Positions 9,901 to 18,724 are shown, counted from the stretch's first letter. The stretch is 31,193 nt of DNA from an archaeon (GCA_004212155.1 RXIG01000018.1:1-31193); one strand, 5' to 3'. A program made the numbers and translations. Notes: generated from the letters alone by a model not told the origin.

Positions 9901-10073
9901 TCCATCTCGATGGTGTCATACGGCGTGCCCTCGATGATCGAGAACTCGTTGGCACTAAAGAAGACATCGATGGATTCTGCCGCCTCGGACGGCGGCATGA
10001 AGGACAAGGGCACCAAAAGCAACAGGCCCACTAACAGGGGCCCGTACATGCATTTCAACAGACCCCTCCTCAT
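6924..10073 (-). CDS. Secreted C25-family (gingipain-like) cysteine peptidase with propeptide, three Ig/CARDB-like domains and a helical C-terminal domain
   Basis: Signal peptide; propeptide GQMGTPLLP; YVLLIG, PTDHFYADL, ELYVGRLP; catalytic His in WWGHG and Cys in MCACNNG; FNLYGDPSL. Confidence 0.88.
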   Translation of the reverse strand: MRRGLLKCMYGPLLVGLLLLVPLSFMPPSEAAESIDVFFSANEFSIIEGTPYDTIEMEGFFTAGQMGTPLLPTQTRVVELPGIVSPQNVSLHFTDIVSVPIGGPFSIGPAPQPTTVEESVEMGFIDGKDPSVYGAPYSYPEEPVRIARVTTSGETTEVHLVFTAMSYHPIERSLTLHLSVSVEVRWQSMVYQVKGAPPPSSYKGYVIVTTNYVKNSSSVLPLFRNWLQSRGFTVYVITEDDYGYAGGQQRAINIRSWLIANQHPKQLRYVLLIGNPDPDDPSTGDAFGDVPMLMCWPQGTSAAGIPTDHFYADLTGSWDVDGDGYFGEFGPDGTETTVGVDFGPELYVGRLPVYMNSITELNALLQRAMNYNGANSSIMIPAAISNFGGEVRSDLSTFGARTDGLDMPREAITTVANPNGFSNFVMYETGGLSAVPTSAYEYDGPLTRANVIGQWVNDYGVVFWWGHGYAQGAVRKIWNSDDGDGIPEHNEILYPAFITSADFSSMQMSTDTFVFMCACNNGTPEVANNIGYVALFNGAMTTVSASRISYYAPGMWTMKGARTNTDIGHEYVDRLISMGVSAGEALYEAKHALTDLYGWKAFGWQNIMDFNLYGDPSLTLGGPAAPASLACSMQVSVPSVTSGQQVQVRLNVVNTGGSLATGVTPQPLSFVTGGSATASVISGTPFVANLLPGQSTQFTWTVQLGCGASGGSVSFNATVKGVDSATSASLSTTCSTSAVMVNPLARLISTLSAVRTGTTCTVTLHVVNGGTTTITSVQPHVTYTLTGTADFTMTAGPSNVPASLPGSGSTAFVWSLQLDPGPHGGSLSFSGHATGSSTGGPVTSNTSTASLAVPTPAHLEVEVSLDDTSISTGETASVVVTVTNTGQTAATGVSVTTWDVDGAEHITKHQGPTPASVDVAAGSSATMTYLYRGMTQGSATFSCIVAGQDAITLADVSSGQADSPQLSISATLVSTLLLERLDDINSFYACIRQSMGTYWDDEAISHLATVSEHMVHVTSLEDMLSAYDHLTISYGSTQDVAVILGVTCP
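7160..8195 (-). repeat. Three tandem Ig/CARDB-like repeats (about 115 aa each) within the C25 protein
   Basis: Recurring V-x-L/V-x-V-x-N-x-G (VRLNVVNTGG, VTLHVVNGGT, VVVTVTNTGQ) followed by G-x-S-x-x-F/M-x-W/Y. Boundaries are approximate. Confidence 0.7.
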
Positions 10074-10239
10074 ACACTATACTATATGTACGCTTCTTAC
10101 ATTTATATTTATCTTTAAATCGAAGTAAACAAACGACTACTTGTGTTCTTTAAAATAACAACAGGAAAAAAATAGCGTATAATTGAAATAAAAATTAAAT
10201 CTATAACAAAGATGTAAAGAAGAACAATAATGGGAATAT

Positions 10240-10270
10240 AAAAAAATATATAGAAATGGATTCGTTTCTA
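10240..10270 (-). terminator. Hairpin plus T-tract terminator
   Basis: Minus strand TAGAAA-CGAATCCA-TTTCTA then TATATTTTTTT, 2 nt after the stop at 10273. Confidence 0.6.
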
Positions 10271-10272
10271 CC

Positions 10273-11088
10273 CTAACCGATGAGCGTAGAGAGCTCATCC
10301 ATGGCAGCTTGGGCGTGTGCGAGTTGACCCAACGCATACATCGCGTTCGTGAGACCTGATGCATGTTGCATATGTGTCTGTATTCGTTCGATGAGCATGA
10401 CCATCTCTTCAATAGGCTCTTGTGGGAGCTGCATTGATAGATCGTTCCAAACAATAAGGGCATTTTTAAGTTGCGTATGGGCTAGCGGCATCATCGATAC
10501 CGGCGACCAACGTATGGGGTCTGTAACGTCTACTCTAAATATCCATTTACTGTAAGAGTACATCCACTGTTGATTCAGGGCCGTTCGATACAAATAGCGT
10601 TTATTCTCTATGTCATAATCGTCCCAAAATCCAAGAGCGATGTGCAATGTATTACCAGCATCGAACACGTATGGATAGGTGAAGACGAGGAAGAACGGTC
10701 CATGTCCAAGCTCGACATCGGCTGGGATGGTCGTCCAATCAGCAGATGATGTATATAGCGAGGATGTGAACGAGAGCTGATCGGATATGGGCGTTCCAGG
10801 AATGAACATGGGGCCCCCTGGGTTTGGATTCACTACTGCAGAGTAGAACTGAAAGTGGAATTCATTTGACACATACGATATATACCTGACAGACACGGCC
10901 GTAGCCTTCCCCTGATGCGGCATTTCAAAGAGAACTGCCGCTTCCCACCACGCACCATGCTCCCCGTACGTGACAGCATAATTATACGTTCCATCATCGT
11001 ATTTGAGCGTCATCGCCGCCAGAGAAGAGGGCAAAGCAAGAAGGAGTATAAGAATAAAAGATAATAGGCATGTTCGAACTGTTCGCAT
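10273..11088 (-). CDS. Secreted hypothetical protein (LKYDDG beta domain plus helical C-terminal domain)
   Basis: Sec signal peptide ending SLA-A, an aromatic-rich beta-type domain and an amphipathic helical tail. Visibly lower GC than its neighbours. Confidence 0.8.
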   Translation of the reverse strand: MRTVRTCLLSFILILLLALPSSLAAMTLKYDDGTYNYAVTYGEHGAWWEAAVLFEMPHQGKATAVSVRYISYVSNEFHFQFYSAVVNPNPGGPMFIPGTPISDQLSFTSSLYTSSADWTTIPADVELGHGPFFLVFTYPYVFDAGNTLHIALGFWDDYDIENKRYLYRTALNQQWMYSYSKWIFRVDVTDPIRWSPVSMMPLAHTQLKNALIVWNDLSMQLPQEPIEEMVMLIERIQTHMQHASGLTNAMYALGQLAHAQAAMDELSTLIG

Positions 11089-11392
11089 GGATTATATCGC
11101 CGTTGACCCCATATAAATATTTCTTTTTAATAGGGGATGGTAATCATCGCTTTTTAAACTAAATATGTGTTAAATGGAACGAGAGGCTGTAGGCACCCCA
11201 TGGTATCCTCGCACGTTATGGCCATCCACCCTATGCGGCAACACGTTGAATGAAGCTGTAATCGTGGAGGCGTTCCCCTGTGCAACAGGTGCGACGACAC
11301 ATCAATAGCGTCATCACCAAAGTATGCAAAGATATATGTAATTGTAATCAGTTTGATATTCAAGGAGATAACAGATACGAGGGGATATTACT

Positions 11393-11710
11393 ATGTTCAT
11401 CGCATCGTTCGAGGATGAACCCGCCTTTCCTCCAGAGAGGCGGGATAAACACGTTCTCTATGAGGACGAAACGCTCACCATGCGCCTTGTCGACCTTGGA
11501 GAAGGTGACGAGATACCCCACTGTCAGATGAGGGAATCGGTGTTGTTTTATGTTCTGGAGGGCATAGTCACGATCACGGTCGATGATACGGATGCAACGC
11601 TCAGGAAAGGACAGTGCCTTATCACCCGTCCTGCTACCCTCTCGATGAGGGCACACGAGCGTACCCGTATCATGGGCGTCCAGGTCCCGGCACCGGAGGA
11701 TGCTACATGA
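11393..11710 (+). CDS. Cupin domain protein
   Basis: GDEIPHC...FYVLEG...TLRKGQCL cupin pattern. ATGA overlap with the next gene. Confidence 0.8.
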   Translation: MFIASFEDEPAFPPERRDKHVLYEDETLTMRLVDLGEGDEIPHCQMRESVLFYVLEGIVTITVDDTDATLRKGQCLITRPATLSMRAHERTRIMGVQVPAPEDAT

Positions 11711-12660
11711 GTAACGACCACCTGGCACTCGAGGCGTCCCACCTTACGAAGTTGTTTGGGACATTAAAAGCGGTCGATGACGTGACATTTTCAGTGCAAC
11801 GTGGTGAGATATTCGGATTCCTCGGTCCAAATGGCGCTGGAAAGACCACCACCATACGCATGCTTACCGGACTGCTCACGCCAAACGAGGGAAGGGTCAT
11901 CGTGAACGGTATCGACCTTCACGACCACATGATCAAGGCAAAGATGCAGATGGGCGTCATCCCGGAGGTGGGAACGACCTATGTCGACCTGACAGCTGAA
12001 CAGAACCTTGCGCTCACAGGGAAGTATTACGGGCTTTCCCGCGAGCGTATCCGGGAGCGTACGAAGGAGCTCCTCGGCGCCCTTGGCCTCTATGAACGAA
12101 GGGGCGACCCCGTGCGCACCTACTCCAAGGGCATGCGCCAACGTCTGAGCTTCGCCTGTGCCATCATACACGAGCCCAATGTGCTGTTCCTTGACGAGCC
12201 CACAGAGGGGCTCGATGTCCAGAGCAGGCGGCTGCTCGTCGACATGATACTCGAGCTCAACATGAAGGGATGCACGATCTTTCTTACCACGCATAACATC
12301 GAGGAGGCAAACGCGCTGTGCCAGCGCGTCGCCATCATAAACAAAGGACGGCTCGTAGCTCTCGACAGACCTGAAGCACTGCGTTCCTCCTTCGAGAAGA
12401 CGCAGTCGCTTGAGGTCTCATTTGACCCGCGAATCGCCACTGACACCCTGTGCTTCGGCCACGTCTCCAAGATCGAGACGAGCGGAGATAAGATGATCCT
12501 CTACACGGACGACCCTCACGCGACTATCAAGCAGGTGGTCGACGTTGCGCAGCAGGAGCATGCCCGGATCCTCTCGCTTCGCACGCGAGGACCGAGCCTC
12601 GAAGAGGCATTTATCATGCTCACCGACGATAAACGCCCAGGATGTGAGATCGTTGATTGA
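11707..12660 (+). CDS. ABC transporter ATP-binding protein (drug-exporter type)
   Basis: Walker A GPNGAGKT, signature YSKGM, Walker B LFLDEPT, H-loop TTH. The start is placed at ATG 11707. Confidence 0.93.
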   Translation: MSNDHLALEASHLTKLFGTLKAVDDVTFSVQRGEIFGFLGPNGAGKTTTIRMLTGLLTPNEGRVIVNGIDLHDHMIKAKMQMGVIPEVGTTYVDLTAEQNLALTGKYYGLSRERIRERTKELLGALGLYERRGDPVRTYSKGMRQRLSFACAIIHEPNVLFLDEPTEGLDVQSRRLLVDMILELNMKGCTIFLTTHNIEEANALCQRVAIINKGRLVALDRPEALRSSFEKTQSLEVSFDPRIATDTLCFGHVSKIETSGDKMILYTDDPHATIKQVVDVAQQEHARILSLRTRGPSLEEAFIMLTDDKRPGCEIVD

Positions 12661-13399
12661 TACGTATTTTCTGCGCGGCATCGCGGTCACCGCTGAAAAG
12701 AACATGCGCATCTACTACAGGAAGGCTCCTGTCGTCATCTTCGGACTACTCTTCCCCCTCTTCATGTTCGTTGCGTTCTTTATCGGTAGGGAGCTAGAGA
12801 TCGATCTCTTCTTTCCCGCCTTCCTGGCGATGACGCTCTTTTTCACCTCATCGTCTGTCGGCCCGCTCATCACGCCGTGGGAAAAGCAAGCGCGTACATT
12901 CGAACGGCTCCTTTCATACCCGCTCACGGTCGGTACGCTCATACTCGGAGACATGGCGGCGGGCATGTTGTTTGGGGCCGGCATATCGGTGCTCGTCCTC
13001 CTCCTCGGTGTGGCCTTTGTCGGCATAGGCATCTCATCGGTCGTCTTGTTCCTGGTGGCATTGCTTTTGGGTGCCATTTGCTTCGCATCGATGGGTGTGC
13101 TGCTTGCAGCACCCGCCTCCAGCTCCCCTTCAAACATCATGATGCTCTCAAGCCTCATCAGATTCCCGCTCATCTTCATCAGCGGCATCTTCATACCGCT
13201 TGGCGAGCTGGAAGGTCTTCGTCTGGCCGTCTCATATGCATCGCCCCTCACCTATCTGGTCGATGCGATGAATCATGCGGCCGGTGGCCCGACGAGCATG
13301 CACGTGGCAGTTGACATCGTGGTGCTCATCGTCGTCAGTGCGATATTCCTCATAGCGGCCACTGCCATCCAGAAGCGCTCGCTCACGAAGGGACTTTGA
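12653..13399 (+). CDS. ABC-2 type permease
   Basis: About 6 hydrophobic segments, EKQARTFERLLSYP, FISGIFIP, SPLTY. Start uncertain (TTG 12653 or GTG 12644). Confidence 0.88.
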   Translation: MIDTYFLRGIAVTAEKNMRIYYRKAPVVIFGLLFPLFMFVAFFIGRELEIDLFFPAFLAMTLFFTSSSVGPLITPWEKQARTFERLLSYPLTVGTLILGDMAAGMLFGAGISVLVLLLGVAFVGIGISSVVLFLVALLLGAICFASMGVLLAAPASSSPSNIMMLSSLIRFPLIFISGIFIPLGELEGLRLAVSYASPLTYLVDAMNHAAGGPTSMHVAVDIVVLIVVSAIFLIAATAIQKRSLTKGL

Positions 13400-13402
13400 C
13401 GA

Positions 13403-14173
13403 TCAAAGCGGCATCGTCCCCGTGACGGCGAGGAGGATGGAAAAGAGCATGGGCTGATGGAGCAGGTAGATGAAAAGCGACCGCCTTCCCATCACTGATA
13501 GCGCGCGTATCGGGGCCACGTCGCCCCATGAGGGGACGTCCACGATGCGTTCGCCGCCCGGGTAGGCGATGCGTCCCACGCCTATGCCGAGAAGCACGAC
13601 GCCCCACCACGGCAGCAGCGGGAAGTAGTCGGCCGTCGCCACGCCCCATGTCTTGAGAAGGGGCCAGAGGTAGATGGGAAGCTCGTAATGCTGATGCCAT
13701 ACCGCCACGCCCACGGCGATCACGCAGGCGCCGACAAGCAGGCTTGTGCGCGTGCGCTCGAGGAAGGGTCCCGATATGATGATCGAGACGCCGATGAGGT
13801 GGAGTATCCCAAAGAAGATGGGCATGTCGGGGATGACGAGCACGGTGAAAAGCGAGAGCAGCAAGCCCCATCCGAAGATACGCGCGCCGCGCCGCACCTG
13901 GTGGGAGAGCGCATTGCTCCGTTGTTTCCTGCGCATATGGCTGATGGCAAGCGATATGCCGGCGACGAATAGAAACGATGTGGCGATGACCGATGCAAAG
14001 AGCAACCACCATCCTGCGATGGGGTCGATGTCTATCAGGTCAAAGTAGTTGAGGTCATACGAGGCATGGTAGATGACCATCAAGACGATAGCGACGCCGC
14101 GTCCGGCATCAATCTCCCAGAACCGTGTGGATGGTGACTGTTGTTTAATTAAATTACCACCTTTATGTGTCAT
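13403..14173 (-). CDS. DUF1624 / heparan-alpha-glucosaminide N-acetyltransferase-like membrane protein
   Basis: RFWEIDAGRGVAIVLMVIYH, FFGILHLIG, DYFPLLPW, GRRSLFIYLLHQP. Start uncertain. Confidence 0.88.
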   Translation of the reverse strand: MTHKGGNLIKQQSPSTRFWEIDAGRGVAIVLMVIYHASYDLNYFDLIDIDPIAGWWLLFASVIATSFLFVAGISLAISHMRRKQRSNALSHQVRRGARIFGWGLLLSLFTVLVIPDMPIFFGILHLIGVSIIISGPFLERTRTSLLVGACVIAVGVAVWHQHYELPIYLWPLLKTWGVATADYFPLLPWWGVVLLGIGVGRIAYPGGERIVDVPSWGDVAPIRALSVMGRRSLFIYLLHQPMLFSILLAVTGTMPL

Positions 14174-17100
14174 CCGAATCGGGCATGGCTCGGCGAAGCG
14201 TGATGACAAACACACCCCCTGGGTCGTTGTCATGCACACAGATGGCGCCACCATAGCGCCTGATGACCTCGGATACTATGAAGAGTCCCAGGCCCGTGCG
14301 TGCTTGGGGTCCGTAGGAGAACTCCTCATCAAAGATTTTGTCCTTAATGCTGGCAGGTATGCCAACGCCGTTATCGGCTACTATGATGTCACACCATGTG
14401 CCTCGGGGCCGTATGGTGATGTCGACCCGGTCAGCGCCGCCATGCACCTGGGCATTGCTTATTAGGTTGTCCATCACGGAAGAGAGGCTATCATCAGCAT
14501 AGACGATGCATTCGCCCTCGATGCAGACATCGATGTCACCATAAGAGGAGGCGACTCCCCGTATCGTCTCTTCAAGCGATACCGGTGTGAGGTCATCAGA
14601 TGATAAATAGGTCTCGAATCCTTTCATACGGCGGATGAGATCGATGCTGCGTCTAGTAGAGCGCATAGCCCGCTCCAATGCCTCGCTATCGCCTGTTTTC
14701 ATGTAAATGTCTATTGTACCGTTGATGATGGAGAGGTCGTTTGATATGTCGTGGCGCAGGATCTTGTTTACTATACGAAGTGTCTCGATAAGCTTTTCGG
14801 CACGCTCCGTGGCCAATCGCTCCTCGGTCACATCGATGCCTATTGCCACGATGAACTGCCCCGATTCACCCACAAGCGATACGTTGTTCCAAAGAACGAG
14901 GCGTTCACCCTTGGACGTGAGCACCGGATTGGTATACTCGGTATGACCGTACTGAAACGTCTTGTCCATGATCGTATACACCTCATCGCGAAATGAAGAG
15001 GGGATGAACTCCTCGACCCAGTTGTGCCCAATGACGCTATCTCTGCTAAGGCCAAGCATTTCCTCGCATTTCTTGTTGAAGAGGAATATTTCACCTTTCA
15101 TGTCCAAGCCTATTATAAACGAGTTTGCCGTTTCTATGACTGAATCTAGGAATCGTTTCTCCCGTTCTAGCCGTTGCTCCATCTGCTTACGTTCTGTGAT
15201 GTCGCGCGCTATGCTCAATATGGCTTTTCTACCATCAAACTCGATGAGCCTGCTGCTCAGCTCGGTGGGAATTCTGCGACCGCCCTTTGTCACATGAACA
15301 GTCTCAAAAAACATGCTGCCACGGTCCATCAATTCTTCGATCTTTTCTCTTAGCTGTGCTTTGTATTCGGGTGCATCGATATCTGTAGGCGTCATGGTCA
15401 TGAGCTCTTCAAAAGAATAACCCAGTCGGCGGCGTGCCGTTTCATTTACTTCTAGAAAGGACCCGTTGAGATCGTGGATGAAAAGGGCGTCGTTTGCCGT
15501 ATCAAACAGGGTCCGAAATCGATGTTCGCTACGTTCGAGCTTTTCAAGGTAGCGGCTGTTTGCCAGCGCCACGGCAATCAGGTCTGCAAACGTGGAGGCA
15601 AGTCGGGCATCGTTGTCGGTAAATCCGCCTTCCTTGTTCGAAAGACCCATGAGCCCGACGGTTGCCCCTTCGATGGAAAGGGGTGCGAACAGGACATTAT
15701 CGAGCGGTGAATGCCCCTCGGGAAGTAATGACGTCCACGCACTATGAGAAAAATCATTGTCATACATAGCTTTTCCGGTGCGGTAGACCTCGCCACGGAA
15801 TCCGCGGATCGGCATGGGCAGGGTAGGGTCGACGGTGCATCCAGTGTTGCCTGATTCGAGGAACAACACCTCGTTGTTCGTCCCATCCTCGCTCAGTAGG
15901 GCGATATATCCTGCCGTGGCGCCGATGAGCTCACGTGCATGGTCGAATATGGTGCGGGCAGTGTGTTCGAAGTCCCGATGGCGTTCATAATCCATGACGG
16001 CGTGTGCCGCCTCGAGAAGCGCGGAGACCTCGTTTTCTCGTTTTCTGGAACGTTCAAGCGCATCAGAAAGATATGCCTCCGGCACCGATTTGCTAAAATG
16101 CGCTTCGACCGCCATGCACAGGCCGTCACCGAAGCCTTGCGACACAGGGAGCCTCTTAAGTGTAACATGGAACGAAGCGGCCTTTCCATCGAATCGCCGC
16201 AAATACGCATCACCACTCCATAAACCGTCGCAGCGTGCAGAAGAGATCGAATCGTGTGCCACATGCGGATCTTCCCAAAGCTCACAGATATCCATATTGT
16301 ACAGCTCACGACCGTGATGACCGCCCATCAATTCGGAGAATGCGCGATTGGCAAAAGATATGGTTCCTTTTTCATCCGTAACAGCTATGGCCTGGGGCAA
16401 CGAGTCAAGGCCAGCTTCAAGCCTAGTACAAATCACTTCCTTTTCGCAGTCTTTTGTGATGTCGCGTAGAAACCCGCCGATTACGTCGTTCCCATCCGCC
16501 TGCTCAAGGAGGAACTTGCGCGTTTCGTATGTCCTGTCGCCTGCTACCCTAGTGCGAGGACCTGACTTTCCGTGTATGAGTGCCTGCCTGTCACCCTCAA
16601 CACATTGGCAGGCCAGGGGGTCGGACAACAGGTCTTCGGCCGTTTTGCCGAGTATGTCCGCCCGTTGCCTCCCAAGGAACGCGCAGTATGCCTCGTTGAC
16701 GAACAGGTAGCGCAGGTCTGCTCCCTTGATGAACGCGGGATAGGGAAGTTCGTTGAGAAACGTTTCGAACCACTGCTCCTTTTCCTGTAGTTTCTGTAAT
16801 GTCTCTATCCTGTCTGTGATGTCGATCCCCGAACAGATGTATCCGATTATGGAACCGTCATCCTTGCGGATGGTAGAGTTACGCCATAAGATGGTGCGCT
16901 TCTCGCCATCCTTGGTAACGACGACGTTCTCGTTCGTGATCACGGTGTCTGGCCCGCTGTTGCGCAAATGCTCAAAGACGGCCCACACGCTCTCTCTCAC
17001 GTGGTCGGGGTGAATGCACCCAACAAACGGTTCGCCCTCTAAATCATCGAGTGAATATCCAAGCACATGCTGGCCGGCGCGGTTGATATGTGTAAGCCTG

Positions 17101-17612
17101 CCGTCAGCATCGAATGCTATTACGATGACATCGACCAGAGAGAAATAGGTGCGAGTAAATTCCTTCTCCTCATGGAGCTTCGATTCGAAATCTGCTCGCG
17201 TGCACCCTTCCTCGAAGAATCTAATCTGTGTGAGGATGGCGTTGTAGATGCGGTCGTATGATGCGAACTCACTGTCCTTGGGAAAGTAATCGTTTGCCCC
17301 GGACTTGAAGGCCTCGCGTGCAATGCCCTCGTCGCCTTGCCCAGTGAGCATGATGAAGGGGAGAAATGAGTGACGGGTACGAAAGAAACGCAAAAGGTCT
17401 AGACCGTTGCCGTCAGGCAATTGATAGTCGCAAAGCACACAGTCGTAATCATTTTGGACGAGGCGCTCTCTCGCCTCGGTGATGGTCCAGGCAACATCGA
17501 AGCGAATAGGTATGTCGCCGTACTTTTGTGCTTGACGGGCCATCTGGAATTGAAACATCTCGGCATAATCAGGATCGTCCTCTACATGAAGAAGACGAAT
17601 ATAGTTCTCCAT
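14163..17612 (-). CDS. Cytoplasmic hybrid sensor histidine kinase (REC, multiple PAS, GAF, HisKA, HATPase)
   Basis: Receiver VEDD/LCDYQLP/LTG/FPK; PAS-PAC ends DITDR, DITKD, DITER, DVTEE; GAF with NKEGGFTDND; H-box RHDISN; N-box NLISNA; DNGVGI and TGLGL. Confidence 0.92.
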   Translation of the reverse strand: MENYIRLLHVEDDPDYAEMFQFQMARQAQKYGDIPIRFDVAWTITEARERLVQNDYDCVLCDYQLPDGNGLDLLRFFRTRHSFLPFIMLTGQGDEGIAREAFKSGANDYFPKDSEFASYDRIYNAILTQIRFFEEGCTRADFESKLHEEKEFTRTYFSLVDVIVIAFDADGRLTHINRAGQHVLGYSLDDLEGEPFVGCIHPDHVRESVWAVFEHLRNSGPDTVITNENVVVTKDGEKRTILWRNSTIRKDDGSIIGYICSGIDITDRIETLQKLQEKEQWFETFLNELPYPAFIKGADLRYLFVNEAYCAFLGRQRADILGKTAEDLLSDPLACQCVEGDRQALIHGKSGPRTRVAGDRTYETRKFLLEQADGNDVIGGFLRDITKDCEKEVICTRLEAGLDSLPQAIAVTDEKGTISFANRAFSELMGGHHGRELYNMDICELWEDPHVAHDSISSARCDGLWSGDAYLRRFDGKAASFHVTLKRLPVSQGFGDGLCMAVEAHFSKSVPEAYLSDALERSRKRENEVSALLEAAHAVMDYERHRDFEHTARTIFDHARELIGATAGYIALLSEDGTNNEVLFLESGNTGCTVDPTLPMPIRGFRGEVYRTGKAMYDNDFSHSAWTSLLPEGHSPLDNVLFAPLSIEGATVGLMGLSNKEGGFTDNDARLASTFADLIAVALANSRYLEKLERSEHRFRTLFDTANDALFIHDLNGSFLEVNETARRRLGYSFEELMTMTPTDIDAPEYKAQLREKIEELMDRGSMFFETVHVTKGGRRIPTELSSRLIEFDGRKAILSIARDITERKQMEQRLEREKRFLDSVIETANSFIIGLDMKGEIFLFNKKCEEMLGLSRDSVIGHNWVEEFIPSSFRDEVYTIMDKTFQYGHTEYTNPVLTSKGERLVLWNNVSLVGESGQFIVAIGIDVTEERLATERAEKLIETLRIVNKILRHDISNDLSIINGTIDIYMKTGDSEALERAMRSTRRSIDLIRRMKGFETYLSSDDLTPVSLEETIRGVASSYGDIDVCIEGECIVYADDSLSSVMDNLISNAQVHGGADRVDITIRPRGTWCDIIVADNGVGIPASIKDKIFDEEFSYGPQARTGLGLFIVSEVIRRYGGAICVHDNDPGGVFVITLRRAMPDSDDT

Positions 17613-17725
17613 GCATTAAATTTTGTACACCGTTCTATTTAAGTATTGTTTTCATCGTTCGAGGTATAACATGCCAAAAAACATGGAACCTGGGGTGCCT
17701 TAAAGCCACCACAATCACTAACGGT

Positions 17726-18646
17726 TCACAATCGGTCGAATCGATCGAGGGCGAGCAGGGCCTCAAGTGTCAGGACGCCCGTCCACAGCGTCTTGGCCCG
17801 CTTCCAGTGCTCCTCGTACTGGCCCCACGACCACGTTGGCTCGACCTTGCCGTATCGCTCGAGCGTGTCGACGAGGAAGTCGAGATTCTCGTCGACGAGG
17901 TCGTCGGCGATGCCGAAATGTGGCCCGTCCGGATCGTGTACGAACTTGAGCGGTGTCGGCACGTAGTGGAGCTCCCACGCCTCCCTGTCGGTGTTGACGA
18001 GCTGTGTGGCCGCACGTGTGATCGGCTCCTCGAGATTCGTGGCCACCGACTCGGGAATGAGATGATAGAGCCGTATGAAACAGTAGACCTCATGCTCTGA
18101 CCTGTACTCCTCCTTTTCGGTGAAGTAGTCGATGGCGTCGTTGAGGAGATGTTCCACATGCAGCGTCGTGACCATGTCCCAGTAGCGGTAGAGGTAGCCA
18201 ATGAGCTCGGCGGTGGGATTGCCCCACGACCTGTCGATGACGGTCTGGCCTTCCTCCTCGTCGTAGTGCCACCAGGGCGCATGCGGATGGTCGTTGACGG
18301 TCGGGGGCACGGCATACCACCCGTTTCGTTCAGGTACGAACGTGCGCTCAAGGTATGAGACGGCCCGGCGCACCATGAGCTGAGCCTGTTCCTCCTTGTC
18401 GACACTCGCCAGGTGCCGGAGCCCAACCGAGGTCGCCATCGGCGATGAGTGGGGGAGCGTGAAGTCGAGTTCGATGCCGCCCCCGAAACCGCCGTCGTCG
18501 TTCTGGAACTTCTGGAGCTCCCGTAGCACGGCGCACGGGGACCCCTCGTCAAAATGCATCTCGGCCAGCTTGACATCGAACGGACGTGCGTTGTTGTCGA
18601 TGAATTGTCTGGCCGCGAGGTAGGAGCTACGCTGGAGGAACTTCAT
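17726..18646 (-). CDS. Conserved hypothetical protein, prenyltransferase/terpenoid-cyclase-like helical repeat fold
   Basis: QW-like motif FQNDDGGFG, HPHAPWW, and NPTAEL. The start is placed at MKFLQ behind SD GGTGA. Confidence 0.7.
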   Translation of the reverse strand: MKFLQRSSYLAARQFIDNNARPFDVKLAEMHFDEGSPCAVLRELQKFQNDDGGFGGGIELDFTLPHSSPMATSVGLRHLASVDKEEQAQLMVRRAVSYLERTFVPERNGWYAVPPTVNDHPHAPWWHYDEEEGQTVIDRSWGNPTAELIGYLYRYWDMVTTLHVEHLLNDAIDYFTEKEEYRSEHEVYCFIRLYHLIPESVATNLEEPITRAATQLVNTDREAWELHYVPTPLKFVHDPDGPHFGIADDLVDENLDFLVDTLERYGKVEPTWSWGQYEEHWKRAKTLWTGVLTLEALLALDRFDRL

Positions 18647-18724
18647 GATGTCACCATGCATACTAGACAATATATGGTTAAATATTTGTCGTCATGCATT
18701 GCGCAGCCGTGCAATCGTGTCTTA

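Noticed and set aside
11174-11308. 44-codon plus-strand ORF (MEREAVGTPW...) in the intergenic gap
   Set aside because: No SD, motif or coding bias that I can recognise.
17624-17629. Single TGTACA upstream of the histidine kinase
   Set aside because: A lone hexamer without a well-matching partner 10 bp away, so it is expected by chance.
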